28,003 bases of DNA from Geosiphon pyriformis uo1. Its lineage: Eukaryota > Fungi > Glomeromycota. Of the stretch, positions 24,468 to 28,003 are shown piece by piece. How positions within the stretch are numbered: the first letter of the stretch is position 1; the number at the start of each line of letters is the position of its first letter. The position numbers and the translations under genes are program-made. The DNA lies in contig JAAOMT010000755.1 in assembly GCA_016748015.1 (NCBI GenBank), positions 57,654 to 85,656 on the forward strand. Direction: 5' to 3'. Under the pieces are notes generated by a model. That model ran no database searches. It was not told the DNA's origin and was given only the letters and a program-made list of their open reading frames with translations.

Positions 24468-25437
24468 ATTGGAGGAAAATTAATGCTGGAACCTTGGAGG
24501 TTGGAGTGTTAGATATCACTTGCTTTTTTTTTTTATTAAATATTCTGTTATAAAATTAATTTCATCAAATTAAAAAAGAATTTAACTATTTAAATTTTTC
24601 AGTTTTATTACTATAAGCAATGATAACTTGAAGTCTAATATTATTGAATTAATAAATATTATAATTAAACTACATTCCAATTTGGAATCATATTTGCATT
24701 AAAAAAATATTTAAATTAATTGAATACCAATTATTCTAAATTTATTTTAAAACTTTAATGTCAATTAAACAAATAATTATTTGTCATATTTTTTATTTTT
24801 AAAAATTGTTAATAATATTTAGAAATTTTTTACAAAATCTTTATAAAAAAATATTTTAAATAAAAAAAATTAAAAGCATTATAAACTGAATATTTATTTT
24901 ATTATCTATTTTTTTTTAAAAAAATTTAGAAACTTATTAATAACCATGATTTGAAAATACTTTAAGAAAAAATAGGAATTGAATTGAAATAGATTTTTTT
25001 GAAAATGCTTTTTTTGAGTGTAATCCAAACATTATTTACTTACATACAACATGTAAACATTCCTATAATAGATGTGACTAATACGCTTGTTAAAATGTGA
25101 TTAACCCTCCCGAGGTTTATGTGTAAACACATTTTTAATACAAAGTAATACGAGTTTATAATTTTGTTATGGTAAATTGCGAAAATAATAACACCTAAAA
25201 TCAAATAAAGATTTATCACAAAACAAATTAAATTTTAAATCAATATTAATTTAAATTTTTAGCATAAAAATTCGCGATTCTAAAGTTAAATTAATTACTA
25301 ATAATTGTTATATATTCAAGAACTTAATAAAAAGAATAAATTATCAGATTAGTAAATACCAATATTTTCTAAGCAAATTTTAAAAATTTTTGCATGACAT
25401 ATTATACTAAAACAAAAATCTTTTAGCTGATAATTAT

Positions 25438-25787
25438 TTAATTGCGACACTGTTCACAATATATTGACCGATAAATATAAGAGCATCAGCGACAATACCT
25501 CTGTAGTCCTTTAGCAGATGGTTTATTTTCTTACTCACTTAGTTTTTTTGGAATCTGATGAAGTGACGGCATATCATTATCCTTATTTTCAACGTAGTTA
25601 AGAAATCCTCTACTTCCTCCATCCCCTACTGCAGAGGGAAATTGAGAAGGAATATCTTAGCCTCATTGTGGCCTTGATTGAGCTTTCACCTCAGTTAAGG
25701 TATTAATAACGATCAAGCAAAGAACAAAATGGTAATAAGAAAAAACAAAATGGTAATAAGAAAAAGATTTAAAGTTTTCTTGGACAT
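25438..25787 (-). pseudogene. Pseudogenised paralogue of the secreted Cys-rich peptide gene at 27303
   Basis: The minus strand reads MSKKTLNLFLITI(21-bp dup)/VLCLIVINTLTEVKAQ versus MINKTFNLFFVAIFLLALIAVNTLTVVTAQ. It continues FLNYVENKDND (vs YPSYVANSNND) and PSAKGLQRYCR*CSYIYRSIYCEQCRN*. It carries a 1-bp frameshift and several stops. Confidence 0.8.
25723..25764. repeat. 21-bp tandem duplication inside the signal-peptide coding region of the pseudogene
   Basis: aacaaaatggtaataagaaaa occurs twice. Confidence 0.9.
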
Positions 25788-27184
25788 TTTGAAAAGTGAA
25801 TCTTTAGAAATAACAATTGAAAATATTTATTTGATTTCTAAGGATAACTTTAAAAATTAATCAACTGAGATGGTCTTTATATAAGAGTTTAAAAGATCAT
25901 TTTATTTTTAACTAAAATTTATTAATATTTTAGCTTTTCTTTAAAAGGGAGTTTCATAGAATGCACAGTAATGAAAAAAGTCATTCATTATCGGATTCCG
26001 AAATAAATATAAACAAATAAATTTGGGGTTTTAATATAAAATAATATTGAGTCATCAATTCAATGACGCTAGCTACAAAAATGTTGACGTAATTTTGAAA
26101 ACTTGGGATTTAATTTTTTTGGTCTTTACAATTAGAAAATTTTGAAACTAAATTATAAATTGAGAATGCGAACTCAAAAGTTAGTTACTTTCAAAATTTC
26201 AAAAATGCTGATCTTTTGCCCAGAAATTCTCAAATTTTTTTTAGGTTCGACAGATATGAAATTCAGAAATGCTTCTTCAACTATAGAATATCAAATGCCA
26301 TATATTCACTCGGGCTCAAAGTTTTCCTACTTTGCTTTTTTTTTGGGAAAAGTTAAAATCGACATCGAAAGTTCGTAATTGACAAAATTTGTTTAGAGAT
26401 TTTCTTAATAACTGTTGACCCATACAGAAAGTTTCAGAAAAACAAGTTAGATTAATTTTAATTTCCCTTTAAATAACGATTAATCATTTGAAAAGTTTTA
26501 TTCACATAAATTCTATAATCTGTACAAAAAAACCGCAAATACTCTTTAGCGAAGAATGGATAAGATAAATTAACCGAAAAATATTCAGATAAACTTCACA
26601 CATATTTGTGGGAAGAAAATAATCTAAATTTCAGTGGGAGAGGCAAGTATGAAATTTCCAAATTTAAAAGAGCTTACAACTCAAGACGGTTAGAATTAGA
26701 TGTATGTTGATTGTATCAGGAGGATCTTAATTTTATTAGAAAATTATATTTTATTCTATGATTTTTTTAAAAAAAAGGGAATTATGATACTATAATTGAT
26801 CGGTGAAGATCAGATTATTTCCAAAATTAACTTTGGGAGGGCTCTCAATAAAAATTTCCTTTTATGAACTGAGAACGTATATCAATTTTATTTTTAGGCA
26901 TTCTTAAACTCTAATGGGAAAATTCTGAAAATTTTAGTATTATACCAACTCTATTAATTTTATCTTTTGAACTCCTCTACTAGGAAGATGAGTTCACTTA
27001 AAAGCTTGACAAGCTATTCCTAATTTGTTAATATCATAGTTTACAAAATTTAACGACAATGAAATTTAACGGAAACTGAAGAATTAACTTTGATAAAAAT
27101 ATTTGTTAGATGTAGCTTATCTTTCAATAAATTTCTAATATTCACAACAACAAAATTTCTATCTTTTCTAATAGTAAATTTCGC

Positions 27185-27191
27185 TATAAAA
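27185..27191 (+). promoter_or_regulatory. TATA box of the secreted peptide gene
   Basis: TATAAAA followed by gac lies 118 bp upstream of the ATG. A homologous tataaagac context lies upstream of the paralogue on the minus strand (~25873-25883). Confidence 0.55.
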
Positions 27192-27302
27192 GACACCACT
27201 CAATCCATCAAATTTACAAATCATTCTTGAAAACAGAAGCAGAAACAGAAACAAAAATAAAAAAAACCCCTTAAACTACTAGTTTCAAAGATTCTTTCAA
27301 AA

Positions 27303-27752
27303 ATGATCAATAAAACTTTTAATTTATTTTTCGTGGCTATTTTCCTTTTGGCATTAATTGCTGTCAACACCTTGACCGTGGTCACGGCCCAAGATGGGTT
27401 TAATCCAGTTCCAGTCACTCCAGGAAATCCAGGAGGCTCAAGTAAAGATCCATCTGGCACTTCTTATCCTAGTTATGTTGCGAACAGTAACAATGATCCG
27501 ACACCATCGGAGGAGAATCAACCAGAAGATGACGGTGAAGCAGATGGAAGCCCAAGTACACAATCATTTGGAGGTGGGGGTGGGGCGCAAGGATTTACCG
27601 GGTGGAAGTGCAAAAATTGTAATTGGGTACCACCATACTGTAGTTGGTGGCAAAAATGGTTTTGCTGGACGCAATATAATAAGAAATGTATTGTTACATA
27701 TAGAACCTGCCATCATTGTCCTAAACCTATTTGTGTTCGTTGGTGGCAGTAA
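27303..27752 (+). CDS. Small secreted cysteine-rich protein (149 aa): signal peptide, acidic/Pro-Gly-Ser pro-region, cationic Trp-rich 8-Cys domain
   Basis: This is an intronless ORF with raised GC. It has a hydrophobic signal ending VTA|QD, a linker containing EENQPEDDGEAD, and a C-terminal Cx2Cx6Cx7Cx7Cx6Cx2Cx4C with 8 Trp, 8 Lys/Arg and no Asp/Glu. Confidence 0.9.
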   Translation: MINKTFNLFFVAIFLLALIAVNTLTVVTAQDGFNPVPVTPGNPGGSSKDPSGTSYPSYVANSNNDPTPSEENQPEDDGEADGSPSTQSFGGGGGAQGFTGWKCKNCNWVPPYCSWWQKWFCWTQYNKKCIVTYRTCHHCPKPICVRWWQ

Positions 27753-28003
27753 TTAAGCCTCACTTTTGGCAATTGAAGTACAGTGTCGGCTAATTTTGTA
27801 TTTTAGATGGAAGCAAAAATTTTAGCAAGTTTATTTAAAAGTGTCCCTAGTTTATTTAGCTTTTTTGAAATCTTAAATTTTTATCGAAAGAATATTTGAC
27901 GTATATTGATTTAATGAAATTTCAATAAAATATTGGCCAAATTGTACTTTTAATTTAAATTTTGTAAAAGTATTCTATTGGTATATTTATTACGTATATT
28001 TCG

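Noticed and set aside
27221-27756. Overlapping ORFs 27221-27460(-) and 27394-27756(+)
   Set aside because: They are shadows of the 149-aa secreted protein gene, and only the 27303 frame has a coherent architecture and a paralogue.

Overview
AT-rich eukaryotic (fungal) genomic DNA with short GT-AG introns. The gene families and motifs point to Glomeromycotina (arbuscular-mycorrhizal-type fungi); this assignment is an inference. The window holds an apparently intact Sel1-repeat gene and a disrupted paralogue about 11 kb away, a deleted Glomeromycota-type protein kinase pseudogene, and an intact 8-exon cytochrome P450. It also has a ~1.5 kb foldback (two ~610-620 bp inverted arms) made from a decayed gene. 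An extremely AT-rich block contains a C>T/G>A-eroded Gypsy/Ginger-type integrase relic and a complete but inactivated Tc1 (DD34E) element. Near the 3' end are a GPI-like gene fragment interrupted by an exact Nextera/Tn5 adapter (assembly artefact) and a divergent pair of homologous secreted Cys-rich prepro-peptide genes, one intact and one a pseudogene missed by the ORF track. The best candidates for something new are this peptide family, the hairpin locus and the transition hypermutation of old elements.
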